Assembly (NCBI GenBank): GCA_028688525.1
Contig: JAQTYA010000002.1
Coordinates: 21,930-85,929 of the forward strand
Direction: 5' to 3'
DNA length: 64,000 nt
Source: Methylococcus sp.
Lineage (GTDB): Bacteria; Pseudomonadota; Gammaproteobacteria; Methylococcales; Methylococcaceae
The notes under the pieces were generated by a model. The model searched no databases. It saw nothing but the letters and a program-made list of their open reading frames with translations, and was not told the origin of the DNA. The translations under genes and the position numbers were made by a program. Positions 38,945 to 51,223 of the stretch are shown here, one piece after another; position 1 is the first letter of the stretch; every line of letters begins with the position of its first letter.

Positions 38945-39523
38945 TCAATCGAGTAATGGCCTCAGCCTTTTATCGATGGCTTCCCGGGCTCTGAAGATGC
39001 GGCTGCGCACGGTGCCCACCGGGCAACTCATGACCTCCGCGATTTCGTCGTAGCTCAAGCCGTCCAACTCCCTCAGGGTTATAGCCAGCTTAAGCTCCTC
39101 CGGCAAATCGTTCAGGGCCAGCTGTATCGTTTCCGCCAGTTCGTCGCTCAACACGGTAGCTTCGGGCGTATCGATATCTCTTAGACGCTGCCCATTCTCG
39201 AATTGTTCCGCAGATTCGGCATCGATCTCGTCTTCGGCAGGCCTACGAGCCCGCGTGACCAGATAGTTCTTGGCGGTATTGATAGCGATCCGGTATAGCC
39301 AAGTATAGAACTGGGCGTCGCCACGAAACCCCGGCAATGCGCGGTAGGCCTTAATGAAAGCCTCCTGAGCCACATCCAGCGACTCGTCCGGATCCTTGAG
39401 ATAGCGGGAAATGAGCTGGGTAATCTTGTGCTGGTACTTTCTGACGAGTAAATCGAAGGCTTTCTTATCGCCGCGTTGCACCCGCCTGACGAGTTCCGCG
39501 TCCAGTTGTTCACTCATCTCCAT
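38945..39523 (-). CDS. rpoE: RNA polymerase sigma factor RpoE
   Basis: LVRRVQRGDKKAFDLLV, FYTWLYRIAINTAKN, CPVGTVRSRIFRAR. Confidence 0.97.
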   Translation of the reverse strand: MEMSEQLDAELVRRVQRGDKKAFDLLVRKYQHKITQLISRYLKDPDESLDVAQEAFIKAYRALPGFRGDAQFYTWLYRIAINTAKNYLVTRARRPAEDEIDAESAEQFENGQRLRDIDTPEATVLSDELAETIQLALNDLPEELKLAITLRELDGLSYDEIAEVMSCPVGTVRSRIFRAREAIDKRLRPLLD

Positions 39524-39707
39524 TCCAGCCAGGGTTCGCCTTAGACATTACACCATTTCCTTCCGGGAAATCCCTGGATCGCAGATATTTACGTATCCAG
39601 ATACTGCAACGGATAGGCGGAAGCAGAGCTTTGATTATCTTACGTTTGCAAGTCTGCTTCAACGCAATACGGATTTACTGTAACATCGCCTTAACAAAGA
39701 ACCGCCC

Positions 39708-41309
39708 ATGGATAAGGAAAACACTTACGACGCACTCATCATCGGCAGCGGCGCCTCCGGCCTAAGCTTGGCATTGCGCCTCGCCGACCACGCTCGAGTG
39801 GCGGTATTGTCGAAAGTCGCCTTGAACGAAGGCAGCACGCTGTATGCCCAGGGCGGCATTTCCGCGGTACTCGACGCGCAGGACTCCCTCGAGTCCCACA
39901 TCGAAGACACCCTAGTCTCGGGGGCCGGCCTGTGCAATCCGGACACCGTGCGCCTGGTGGTATCGCAGGCTAAGGACTGCATAGACTGGTTGCTCGAACG
40001 CGGCGTCGCGTTCACGGAGGTCGAAAACGGCGACCATGCCCACCAATTGCACCTGACGCGCGAAGGCGGGCATACGCACCGCCGAGTGGTGCATGCGGCC
40101 GACGCCACCGGGCGAGCGGTGGAATCCTCGCTAGAAAAGAGCGCCCGTGCCCATCCGAACATCGCCCTGTTCGAATACCACAATGTGATCGACCTGATCA
40201 CCTCGCGCAAGCTCGGACTCGGCGGCCCTCAGCGAGTGCTGGGCGCCTATGTGCTGGACGCGAAGCGTCAGCAGATACACGCGTTCCGCGCACGGGTCAT
40301 CGCCCTGGCTACCGGCGGCGCCAGCAAGGTCTACCTCTACACCAGCAACCCCGACGTCTCCACTGGCGACGGCATCGCGTTGGCCTGGCGGGCCGGTGCA
40401 CGGGTCGCTAACATGGAATTCATCCAGTTCCATCCCACTTGCCTATATCACCCTCACGCCCGCTCCTTTCTCATTTCGGAAGCGGTTCGCGGCGAAGGCG
40501 GCAGACTCTTGCTCCCCGACGGCAGCCCATTCATGCACCGTTTCGACCCGCGCGGCGAATTAGCTCCCCGCGACGTCGTCGCTCGTGCCATCGATCATGA
40601 AATGAAGCGGCTGGGTGCGGACTGTGTGTACCTGGACATCAGCCACCGGCCTGCCGATTTCGTCCGCAGCCATTTCCCGACCATACATGCGCGCTGCCTG
40701 GAATTAGGCATCGACATGACCCGTACACCTATCCCGGTAGTGCCTGCAGCGCACTACACCTGCGGCGGGGTGCTGACAGACCATGCCGCCCGCACCGATA
40801 TCGAAGGCCTATATGCCGTAGGCGAAGTGGCCTGCACGGGGCTGCACGGCGCCAATCGGATGGCCAGCAATTCCCTGCTGGAGTGCCTGGTTTTCGCCAA
40901 GCAGGCGAGCCAGGACATCCTGGACCGGCTCGCGGAGATCCCGCCTTGCCCTGCGTTGCCGGAATGGGACGAATCGAAAGTCACGGATTCCGACGAAGAG
41001 GTCGTCGTGTCCCATAACTGGGACGAAATCCGGCGCTTCATGTGGGACTACGTGGGTATCGTGCGCACCGACAAACGGCTGCAGCGCGCACTGCACCGAG
41101 CGGAACTGCTGAAACAGGAAATCGCCGACTATTACGGCAATTTCCGGGTCACCAGCGATCTGCTGGAATTGCGCAATCTGGTCATCGTCGCCGAGCTGAT
41201 TATCCGCTCGGCCCTGCTGCGCAAGGAAAGCCGCGGACTGCATTTCACTCTGGACTACCCTGGGCACGACGACAGCCGGCCGCCGGAAAATACCGTCCTC
41301 ACGCCCTGA
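39708..41309 (+). CDS. nadB: L-aspartate oxidase
   Basis: [32 protein letters not shown]; divergent from rpoE. Confidence 0.97.
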   Translation: MDKENTYDALIIGSGASGLSLALRLADHARVAVLSKVALNEGSTLYAQGGISAVLDAQDSLESHIEDTLVSGAGLCNPDTVRLVVSQAKDCIDWLLERGVAFTEVENGDHAHQLHLTREGGHTHRRVVHAADATGRAVESSLEKSARAHPNIALFEYHNVIDLITSRKLGLGGPQRVLGAYVLDAKRQQIHAFRARVIALATGGASKVYLYTSNPDVSTGDGIALAWRAGARVANMEFIQFHPTCLYHPHARSFLISEAVRGEGGRLLLPDGSPFMHRFDPRGELAPRDVVARAIDHEMKRLGADCVYLDISHRPADFVRSHFPTIHARCLELGIDMTRTPIPVVPAAHYTCGGVLTDHAARTDIEGLYAVGEVACTGLHGANRMASNSLLECLVFAKQASQDILDRLAEIPPCPALPEWDESKVTDSDEEVVVSHNWDEIRRFMWDYVGIVRTDKRLQRALHRAELLKQEIADYYGNFRVTSDLLELRNLVIVAELIIRSALLRKESRGLHFTLDYPGHDDSRPPENTVLTP

Positions 41310-41316
41310 GCTGAGC

Positions 41317-42801
41317 TCAGCCGCCTCTGCCGTATACGCGAATCTGATGAGCTAGGCGCTCGATGTGCCCGCCGCTCAGCTGCTCCCAGTCGAAGCGCCA
41401 ATTCCAGTTGTCGCCTACCGTACCCGGAGTATTCATGCGGTGCCCGGAGCCCAAGCCCAGCACGTCCTGCATCGGGATGATGGCCAGCCGGGCGACTGAC
41501 GCCATCGCGGTGCGGACTAGCGCTTCCGGCATCGTCAGACCGGGCCGGCCCAGGTAATCGTAGACATAGCCTTGCTGCTCGGCGGACAGACTCTCGAACC
41601 AGGACAATGTCGTGTCGTTGTCGTGGGTACCGGTGTAGACGACGCTGTCGGCGGCATGATTATGGGGCAAATAGGGATTGGCCGGCCCGCCGTCGAAAGC
41701 GAATTGGAGTATCCGCATGCCGGGGATGCGAAAGCGCCGGCGTAGTCCGTCCACTTCGGCTGTGATGATACCTAGATCCTCGGCGACCAAAGGCAGCGTC
41801 TCGCCGAAGGTTTCCTCGCAACAGGCCAACAAAGCCGCGCCAGGAGCCTTGACCCAACGCCCTTCGATCGCGGTTTCGGAATGGGCGGGAATTTCCCAGT
41901 AGGCCTCGAACCCGCGGAAGTGATCGATGCGAACCAAGTCGTACAACTTGAGCTGGGTACGCAACCGGTCCAGCCACCAGGAAAAACCGGAACGCGCCAT
42001 ATTTTCCCAGTTGTAGTGCGGGTTTCCCCAACGTTGCCCGGTTGCCGAGAAGTAATCCGGCGGTACGCCCGCGACGACGCTCGGCTGACCGTCGTCGCCC
42101 AGTTGGAAGTTATCCCGCCCGGACCAGACTTCGGCGCTGTCGGACGCGACGAAGATCGGCATGTCGCCGAACAACAGCACGCCTTTGCTCCCGGCATACT
42201 CCCGCAAGCCGTGCCACTGTTCGAAAAACACGAATTGCTCGAACCGGATCCGCGCGATGGTATCGGCATACAGAGTATTGGCGGTGGCCAGAGCGTCTGG
42301 CTTACGGTCTCGTAGGGCGCTAGGCCAAGCCTGCCACGGCAATCCATTGTGGATCTCCTTGAGCGCGGCATATAGCGCATAATCGCCCAGCCACCCGTCG
42401 TTGGCGCTGACAAAATCGCCGAATGCCGTGCACAGCGCATCCGCCGGCGTGCGCAGGCGAAAAGCATCGAATGCCTGCTGCAATGCCGCCCGCCGCTCGG
42501 TTTTCGAGTCGCCAGGGCGAGCAAGCGCATCCGCCTCCAACAGCCCCCGCTCGACCAGCCAGTCCAACCCGATCAGCAGGGGATTTCCGGCATGCACCGA
42601 GGTACATTGATAGGGAGATCCATCCTCATGGGTCGGATTGATCGGCAGCGTCTGCCATACGCTGACGCCGGCGGCCGCGAGAAAATCTACGAAACGGAGG
42701 GCATCCGCCCCCAGATCCCCGTTTCCCGAACCGCCGGGCAAGGAACTGATGTGGAGCAGAATGCCCGCGCGGCGCCGATCGAAAATACCGTGAGAATCCA
42801 T
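41317..42801 (-). CDS. malQ: 4-alpha-glucanotransferase (GH77)
   Basis: GVPPDYFS, RIDHFRG, AEDLG, TGTHDNDT. Confidence 0.96.
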   Translation of the reverse strand: MDSHGIFDRRRAGILLHISSLPGGSGNGDLGADALRFVDFLAAAGVSVWQTLPINPTHEDGSPYQCTSVHAGNPLLIGLDWLVERGLLEADALARPGDSKTERRAALQQAFDAFRLRTPADALCTAFGDFVSANDGWLGDYALYAALKEIHNGLPWQAWPSALRDRKPDALATANTLYADTIARIRFEQFVFFEQWHGLREYAGSKGVLLFGDMPIFVASDSAEVWSGRDNFQLGDDGQPSVVAGVPPDYFSATGQRWGNPHYNWENMARSGFSWWLDRLRTQLKLYDLVRIDHFRGFEAYWEIPAHSETAIEGRWVKAPGAALLACCEETFGETLPLVAEDLGIITAEVDGLRRRFRIPGMRILQFAFDGGPANPYLPHNHAADSVVYTGTHDNDTTLSWFESLSAEQQGYVYDYLGRPGLTMPEALVRTAMASVARLAIIPMQDVLGLGSGHRMNTPGTVGDNWNWRFDWEQLSGGHIERLAHQIRVYGRGG

Positions 42802-42898
42802 GAAGCTAACTACCGAAAACGACGGTGAAGACGACAGTGCGGCCCGCAGATCCGGCCGCCGAACCGGAGGACGCGGCTTCCGGCGAAATGTCGGGGTT

Positions 42899-44173
42899 TC
42901 AGCGGTGGAAATGCAGCCTCTGCCCGAGGCAATCAGGCGTCACCAGCACGATACCGTCCGGGCTGACATAAAAGCGCTTGCGGTCTTCCTCGAGATTTTC
43001 GCCGATGACACTGTTCGGCGGAATGCTGCAGCCTTTGTCGATCACCGCCCGGCTGATGCGGCAATGGCGGCCGATGTTCACGTCGGGCAGGATCACCGAG
43101 TCGTGCACGCGCGAGAAGGAATTCACGCGCACGTTAGAAAACAGCAGCGAATGGCGGACTTCCGCGCCGGAGATGACGCAGCCGCCCGAAACCATGGAAT
43201 CCACCGCCATGCCGCGCCGGTCGTCGTCGTCGAACACGAACTTGGCCGGCGGCGTTTGGGCCTGATAGGTCCAGATCGGCCATTCCTCGTCGTACAGATT
43301 GAGCTCCGGATCGACCCCGATCAGTTCCATGTTGGCGGCCCAATACGAATCCACCGTCCCCACATCGCGCCAGTAGGACTGCACGCCGCTCTGGGCATTG
43401 CGGAAACGATAGGCGAACACGCGGTATTTCTGAATGACCTGGGGAATGATATCCATCCCGAAGTCGTGGTTCGAGCCTGGAGTATCGGCATCCTTGATGA
43501 GCTGCTCGAACAGGAAAGCCGTGTTGAAAATGTAGATGCCCATCGAGGCTGCCGCATGATCGGGGCGGTTCGGCATAGCCGGAGGGTCGGCAGGCTTCTC
43601 GACGAACTTCTGAATGCGCTGCTCGGCATCCATCTGCATCACCCCGAACGCCCTGGCGTCGGCGAGCGGCACCTCCATGCAGCCGATGGTGAGATCGGCC
43701 TTTCGTTCCACGTGATAGGCCAGCATCAGGCCGTAGTCCATCTTATATACGTGGTCGCCGGCCAGGATCATGATGTATTCGGGATCGCGCTGGCGAATGA
43801 TGTCCAAATTTTGGTACACCGCATCCGCCGTGCCTGCGTACCAGCTCTCCTGCAGACGTTGCTGCGCAGGCATGATGTCGACGAACTCGCCGAGTTCGCC
43901 ACGCAGGAAACCCCAGCCCTGCTGGATATGGCGGATCAGCGAATCCGCATTGTACTGGGTCAGTACACCGACCTGGCGTATCCCGGAATTGACGCAGTTG
44001 GACAGCGGAAAGTCGATGAGACGGAACTTGCCTCCGAACGGCACCGCCGGTTTCGCCCGCCATTCAGTCAGTTTCTGCAGCCGGCTGCCGCGCCCGCCCG
44101 CAAGAATCAGGGCCAGGGTTTGCCGGGTCAGCCGACTTACGAAACGGGATGATGCGTGCATCGACTCGGGCAT
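42899..44173 (-). CDS. glgC: Glucose-1-phosphate adenylyltransferase
   Basis: [26 protein letters not shown]. Confidence 0.97.
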   Translation of the reverse strand: MPESMHASSRFVSRLTRQTLALILAGGRGSRLQKLTEWRAKPAVPFGGKFRLIDFPLSNCVNSGIRQVGVLTQYNADSLIRHIQQGWGFLRGELGEFVDIMPAQQRLQESWYAGTADAVYQNLDIIRQRDPEYIMILAGDHVYKMDYGLMLAYHVERKADLTIGCMEVPLADARAFGVMQMDAEQRIQKFVEKPADPPAMPNRPDHAAASMGIYIFNTAFLFEQLIKDADTPGSNHDFGMDIIPQVIQKYRVFAYRFRNAQSGVQSYWRDVGTVDSYWAANMELIGVDPELNLYDEEWPIWTYQAQTPPAKFVFDDDDRRGMAVDSMVSGGCVISGAEVRHSLLFSNVRVNSFSRVHDSVILPDVNIGRHCRISRAVIDKGCSIPPNSVIGENLEEDRKRFYVSPDGIVLVTPDCLGQRLHFHR

Positions 44174-44326
44174 GGGGGAACTCCTCTTCCTGATCCTGAT
44201 TTCGGGCATCCGCGGTGCGAAATCTGGTAACATCCTGCCGCAGACATCGCATATTCCGGCACCAACGTGCCGGCATTGTACTATCAGAATTCTCGCAAAG
44301 TGAATCCGAACGATGAGGGATACGGT

Positions 44327-46548
44327 TTGACGGACAACTCAACCTTGGCCGAACTCCCTCAGGATTTCCGCCGACTTGTGGAAGCGTGCCACCACGACCC
44401 TTTCGCCGTGCTGGGCCTGCACGAGAAACACGGCCAGAACATCATCCGAACCTTCCTGCCCCAAGCTGAAGAAGTCCGCATCGGGCCGCAAGGACCCGCG
44501 TTCGAGCGCATCGCTGGCACCGGCATCTTCGAATGTAGCGTCGAATCTGACATTGCAGACGCGCACCACCGGCTGTATTGGACCGACAAGATAGGGCAAA
44601 CGCACAGCTTCATCGATCCCTACACCTTTCCGCCGCAGCTGTCCGATTTCGATCTGTATCTCTTCGGCGAAGGCCGGCATTGGAACATCTACCGCATCCT
44701 CGGTGCTCACCCGCATAGCGTCGACGGCATCGACGGCATTCTGTTCGCAACCTGGGCGCCCAACGCCGAGCGCATCAGCGTAGTCGGCGAGTTCAACGGC
44801 TGGGACGGCCGCCGCCACCCGATGAGGGTACGGGGAGGCAGCGGGGTCTGGGAGTTGTTCATTCCGGAGCTTCAGCCGGGTCTGCTGTACAAATTTGAGA
44901 TCCGCAACCGTCCGCAGGGCACTATCCAGATCAAGACCGATCCTTACGGACGCCAGTTCGAGTTACGGCCGAACACCGCCTCCATCATCACGCGAGAAAG
45001 CGACTATGCGTGGGATGACGCCGGCTGGCTGGAACAGCGCAAGGACTGGCCCTGGCTGCATAGCCCGATGTCGGTCTACGAGATGCACGCGGGCTCTTGG
45101 AAACGCGATCTCGAGGGCGGCTACCTGAACTATCGCGATCTCGCGCATGAACTGGTCGACTACGTCAAATCCGCCGGCTTCACCCACATCGAGCTGATGC
45201 CGATAACGGAGCATCCGCTGGATGCCTCCTGGGGCTACCAGACCACCGGCTATTTCGCGCCCACCAGCCGGTTCGGCACCCCCGACGACTTTCGCTATTT
45301 CGTCGATCATTGCCACCAAAACGGCATCGGTGTGATCCTAGATTGGGTACCCGCGCATTTTCCGAAAGACGCCCATGGCCTGGCACGCTTCGACGGCACC
45401 GCGCTGTACGAACACGAAGATCCGCGGCTGGGCGAGCACCGCGACTGGGGCACGCTGATCTACAACTACGGTCGCAACGAGGTCAAAAATTTCCTGTTGG
45501 GCAGCGCACTGTTCTGGCTGGAAGAGTTCCACCTAGACGGCCTGCGCGTCGATGCCGTCGCCTCAATGCTTTATCTCGATTATTCGCGCCAGCCCGGCGA
45601 TTGGATACCCAACAAGTACGGCGGCAACGAAAACCTGGAGGCCATCGCCTTCCTGCGCGACCTCAACACCGTCGTGCATCAGCAGTTTCCGGGCGTGCTG
45701 GTCGTCGCCGAGGAGTCGACGGCCTGGCCGCAGGTCACGCGTCCCACCTGGACCGGCGGCCTGGGCTTCTCCATGAAATGGAACATGGGCTGGATGCACG
45801 ACACTCTGGTCTATATGAGCAAGGACCCGGTGCACCGGCACTATCACCACGACCAACTCACCTTCGGCCTGCTATACGCCTTTACCGAGAACTTCGTCCT
45901 GCCCTTCTCCCACGACGAAGTCGTGCATGGCAAGGGATCGATGCTGGCCAAGATGCCTGGCGACGACTGGCGGCGCTTCGCCAATCTGCGCGCGCTTTAC
46001 GCCATGATGTTCACCTATCCCGGCAAGAAACTGTTGTTCATGGGCTGCGAATTCGGCCAGAAAGGCGAGTGGAACCACACGGCGGTGCTGGACTGGCCCG
46101 CGCTGGACGCACCTTTCCATCGGGGCATGCTGCATCTGGTCCGCGATCTCAATCGCCTCTACCGCGAGATCCCCGCGCTGTACGCCTACGACTTCGAAAA
46201 CCAGGGCTTCGAGTGGATAGACAGCCACGATGCCGCGCAATCGGTGATCAGCTACATCCGCCGCGACGACGACAGTCATGTGATCGTGGTTGCGAATTTC
46301 ACCCCGGTACCGCGCCACAATTACCGTATCGGCGTCCCTGAGCCAGTGGAATACCGTGAAATCTTCAACTCCGATGCCGAATGCTATGGCGGCGCCAACA
46401 TCGGCAACTGGGAGATTTCGACGGAAGCGGTGGCATGGATGGGACGTGCCCAGTCGATCGTACTGACACTGCCCCCCTTGGCGGGCATCGTGCTCGCCCC
46501 GATCCGGCCCGCGACCGAAGAAGCGACAACCGGGACGCCGGAAGACGC

Positions 46549-46552
<4 letters not shown>
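44327..46552 (+). CDS. glgB: 1,4-alpha-glucan branching enzyme
   Basis: [35 protein letters not shown]; probable TTG start. Confidence 0.96.
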
Positions 46553-48017
<1,465 letters not shown>

Positions 48018-48045
<28 letters not shown>

Positions 48046-48632
48046 CCCGCGCGGATCCGCTCCCGGTTCAGCGCCAGCCACTGCAGCCCGATAATGGGAA
48101 TCGCCGAGCGGATGCGCCCCTGGTCGAGCAAGGCCAGCGCCTCCTCGAAGGGCACGGCGCTCACCAGGATGTCTTCGTCCTCTTCGACCAAGCCGTGAAT
48201 TCCGCCGATAGCTGCAGCATCGACGATCCCGCAGTACAGGGCGATGGTTTCCGAGCAGCCTCCCGGAGTGGTGAAGAAATCGAAGACCGGGATCAACTCC
48301 TGGATGAAGCTCCCCGCCTCTTCCAGGGTTTCGCGGTGAGCTACGGCCTCGGGGTGTTCGCCGGGCTCAACTGCACCGGCCACGATCTCCAGCATCCAGG
48401 GGTCCTCTCCCGATTTGACCGGACCGACCCGGAACTGCTCGATCAACACCACCTTGTCGGCGACAGGATCGTAGGGAATTACCGCTACGCAATTGCTGCG
48501 GTGGTAAAGTTCCCTAGTCAGAGGCCCGCTCCAACCACCTCCGTGCAGAGTATGGCGAAGCTCCATCCGCAACAGCGTAAAAAAACCCGCGTGCAGCTCG
48601 TCTTCCCGCAATATCTGGAACTTGCGCCCCAT
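48018..48632 (-). CDS. nudF: ADP-ribose pyrophosphatase (Nudix)
   Basis: Nudix box GAVEPGEHPEAVAHRETLEEAG, IEQFR, HGL..E.EDI. Confidence 0.85.
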
Positions 48633-49615
48633 TAGTACAGACGCGCCGACGAAGCCGACAAATCCTTCAATGCAGCCCCTAGACTGGTACCCAGTTGCTG
48701 GGACAGCCGATCCATCCAAGTCTCCTTGTGCGAATAGTTCACAATTTCCTTGGCGCCGATCACAGTCTCGGCAATCTGGTGCAATTCGCCGGTACCGTCG
48801 GCCAACCCCAACTCGATACCCTCAGTGCCGGTCCACAACAAACCTGAGAAAATTTCAGGCTTGTCTTTGAGGCGATCCCCTCGCCCTGCCTTCACCGCAG
48901 CGATGAATTGCTGGTGCACGGTATTCAGCAGTGCCTGTACATGCTGCTTCTCCACCGGATTCACCGGCGAAAACGGATCTAGAAGCGCCTTGTGCTCACC
49001 CGCCGTCATCACCCGCCGCTCCACGCCTAGTTTCTCCAGGGCGCCGACGAAGCCGAAGCCATTCATGATGACCCCGATCGAACCAATGATGCTAGCCGGA
49101 TTGACGAAGATCTTGTCCGTAGCAGAGGCGATGTAGTAGCCGCCCGACGCGCAGAGGTCGGAGACCACGGCGTAGACCGGCATCGCTGGATGCTCCTTCT
49201 TAATCTTACGAATCTCGTCGTATACGTAGGCCGACTGCACCGGACTCCCGCCGGGCGTATTCAGCCTGATGACGATGCCTTTGACGCCTTTGGCTTCGGC
49301 GGCTTCGTGCAAGCCGTCGATGATAGTTTCGGCATCGGTTTCGCCACCTTCGGCGATGGTACCGAATACATCGACCACCGCCGTGTGTTCTTTGCCTGCG
49401 CCGGACAAGCGCTCCGGCGCCAACGGCTTGAGCGTCAGCAGGAAGCCCAGCCCGATCACCGCCAACAAAGAAAGCCGGAAAATCAGGCTCCAACGCCGCG
49501 CCCTGCGCTGCTCCAGCAAGGACTCCAGCAGCAGCTTCTCCAGAACTTGCCGCTCCCATGTACCGGACTGGGCATTAGTTTCGGCCGTGGCATTGGGACT
49601 TCGATTCTCGTTCAT
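48632..49615 (-). CDS. sppA: S49-family peptidase (SppA-like)
   Basis: NTPGGSP, ASGGYYIAS, GSIGV; N-terminal TM. Confidence 0.88.
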   Translation of the reverse strand: MNENRSPNATAETNAQSGTWERQVLEKLLLESLLEQRRARRWSLIFRLSLLAVIGLGFLLTLKPLAPERLSGAGKEHTAVVDVFGTIAEGGETDAETIIDGLHEAAEAKGVKGIVIRLNTPGGSPVQSAYVYDEIRKIKKEHPAMPVYAVVSDLCASGGYYIASATDKIFVNPASIIGSIGVIMNGFGFVGALEKLGVERRVMTAGEHKALLDPFSPVNPVEKQHVQALLNTVHQQFIAAVKAGRGDRLKDKPEIFSGLLWTGTEGIELGLADGTGELHQIAETVIGAKEIVNYSHKETWMDRLSQQLGTSLGAALKDLSASSARLY

Positions 49616-49675
49616 CGATCTTGGACCTTGAGAAAACTGGGAAAGACGGAAAATCCCTGGAGCGGCGACGACGGA

Positions 49676-50629
49676 TCAGATGCGGATAGCGGCCAGGAAC
49701 TCTGCCAGATCGGCCTCCAAAGGGGCTTCGACCCGGACGCTACGACCCGTGCGTGGATGGGTGAACTCCAACGTGGCCGCATGCAGAAACAGCCGCTTCA
49801 AACCTTGCTGCCGGAATGTCAGATTGGCCTTGGCTTCACCATAGCGTTCGTCGCCCGCCAAGGGGTGGCCCAAAAACTTGGCATGGACCCGGATCTGGTG
49901 GGTTCTGCCAGTGACCGGCTTAGCCTCCACCAGGGTCGCGCCGGGCAGGCTCTCCAAGCGGCGAAATTCGGTGACCGCCTCCTTGCCCTGCGCGGACACC
50001 TTTACCATCCGCTCGCCGCTCTGCAGCACATTTTTGAGCAGCGGCGCGTCCACCGACTGGCGCTTGCGCGCCCAGGAACCGGCGAACAAGGCGCAATAGG
50101 TCTTATCGACACCGTCTCCGCGGAACTGCTCATGCAATTGCCGCAACATCGAGCGGCGCTTGGCGATAAGCAGGCAACCGGAGGTGTCGCGGTCCAAGCG
50201 ATGCACCAGTTCGAGAAAACGCGCGCCTTCGCGTACCGCGCGCAGCCCCTCGATCACGCCGAAGCTGAGCCCGCTGCCGCCGTGTACCGCCATGCCGGGA
50301 GGCTTGTTGACGACCAGAATATCCTCGTCCTCGTAAAGCATCCGGCTTTCCAGCCGCTCCTTTAACCAAGGCGCCGGCGATTCAGGCTCAGGCGCCACAG
50401 CGACCCGGACCGGCGGCACGCGCACCACGTCTCCCGCGTTCAACCGCTGCTGGGCTTTGCTCCGCCCCCCGTTGATACGCACCTGCCCGGTCCGCAAAAT
50501 GCGGTACACATGGCTCTTGGGCACACCCTTCAAGCGGGAAAATAGAAAATTGTCGACGCGCTGGCCCGCGGTTTCCGCATCAACTTCGATAAGGCGAGCC
50601 TGATTTGGCTCTTCCGGCAAGGGTTTCAT
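49676..50629 (-). CDS. rluC: 23S rRNA pseudouridine synthase C
   Basis: S4 domain, HRLDRDTSG, GRTHQIRVH; divergent from rne. Confidence 0.95.
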   Translation of the reverse strand: MKPLPEEPNQARLIEVDAETAGQRVDNFLFSRLKGVPKSHVYRILRTGQVRINGGRSKAQQRLNAGDVVRVPPVRVAVAPEPESPAPWLKERLESRMLYEDEDILVVNKPPGMAVHGGSGLSFGVIEGLRAVREGARFLELVHRLDRDTSGCLLIAKRRSMLRQLHEQFRGDGVDKTYCALFAGSWARKRQSVDAPLLKNVLQSGERMVKVSAQGKEAVTEFRRLESLPGATLVEAKPVTGRTHQIRVHAKFLGHPLAGDERYGEAKANLTFRQQGLKRLFLHAATLEFTHPRTGRSVRVEAPLEADLAEFLAAIRI

Positions 50630-50670
50630 TGCAAAAATGATATCAGTTTTACCCCTTAAATTGATGCTTT

Positions 50671-50699
50671 TGCTGAAGATTGCTATAGTCTAGCGGGTG
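50671..50699 (+). promoter_or_regulatory. Putative sigma70 promoter for rne
   Basis: TTGATG-N17-TATAGT with extended -10 TG. Confidence 0.55.
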
Positions 50700-51223
50700 C
50701 CTCGGCGGCTGCGCGTTGCTCGACTTGCCGCGCCCACTGCGAAGGCTCCATGAATTGTTGGAAAAGAACCGGCGCATCGCCAAAACGATGACACAAGCAG
50801 GCTCCTGATTCGGGCCGCGGTAGTGCCCGCCGGATATCCGATACACCAATCGAAACAGGGTTTGGATGCTCGACCCTTGACGAGCTCAAGACGCGTTTAC
50901 GTAACATTTACCCGCCTGACTGGCCCAAGGGCCGAGCGGCCTAGCTGTGTTTTCGCACGGCGTGAGTGAATTTAGAGGCTTTTCGAAGCGCCCGCTGCAT
51001 GCGGATCGACGGCCCACGCTAGTTGCCGAAAGGGGCCAGTCCCAGAGCCCCATCCTTCACACAGGTCATCAGGATTGCCATCATCCGACCGATCACTTCG
51101 ATACCGCGAACCCGACAGACATTCGCATGACAGAAGCAATAGAACAGAAAGGGATGTTGGAAATATCCTGCGGCACCCCAGGTCCAGGCGGTTCTCCGGC
51201 AAGAATGCCCAAGGAATCCATTA

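Noticed and set aside
39630-39656. SigmaE-type autoregulatory promoter (AGACTT-N15-TCAAA, minus strand)
   Set aside because: Imperfect -35 and short spacer; plausible but not supportable from sequence alone.
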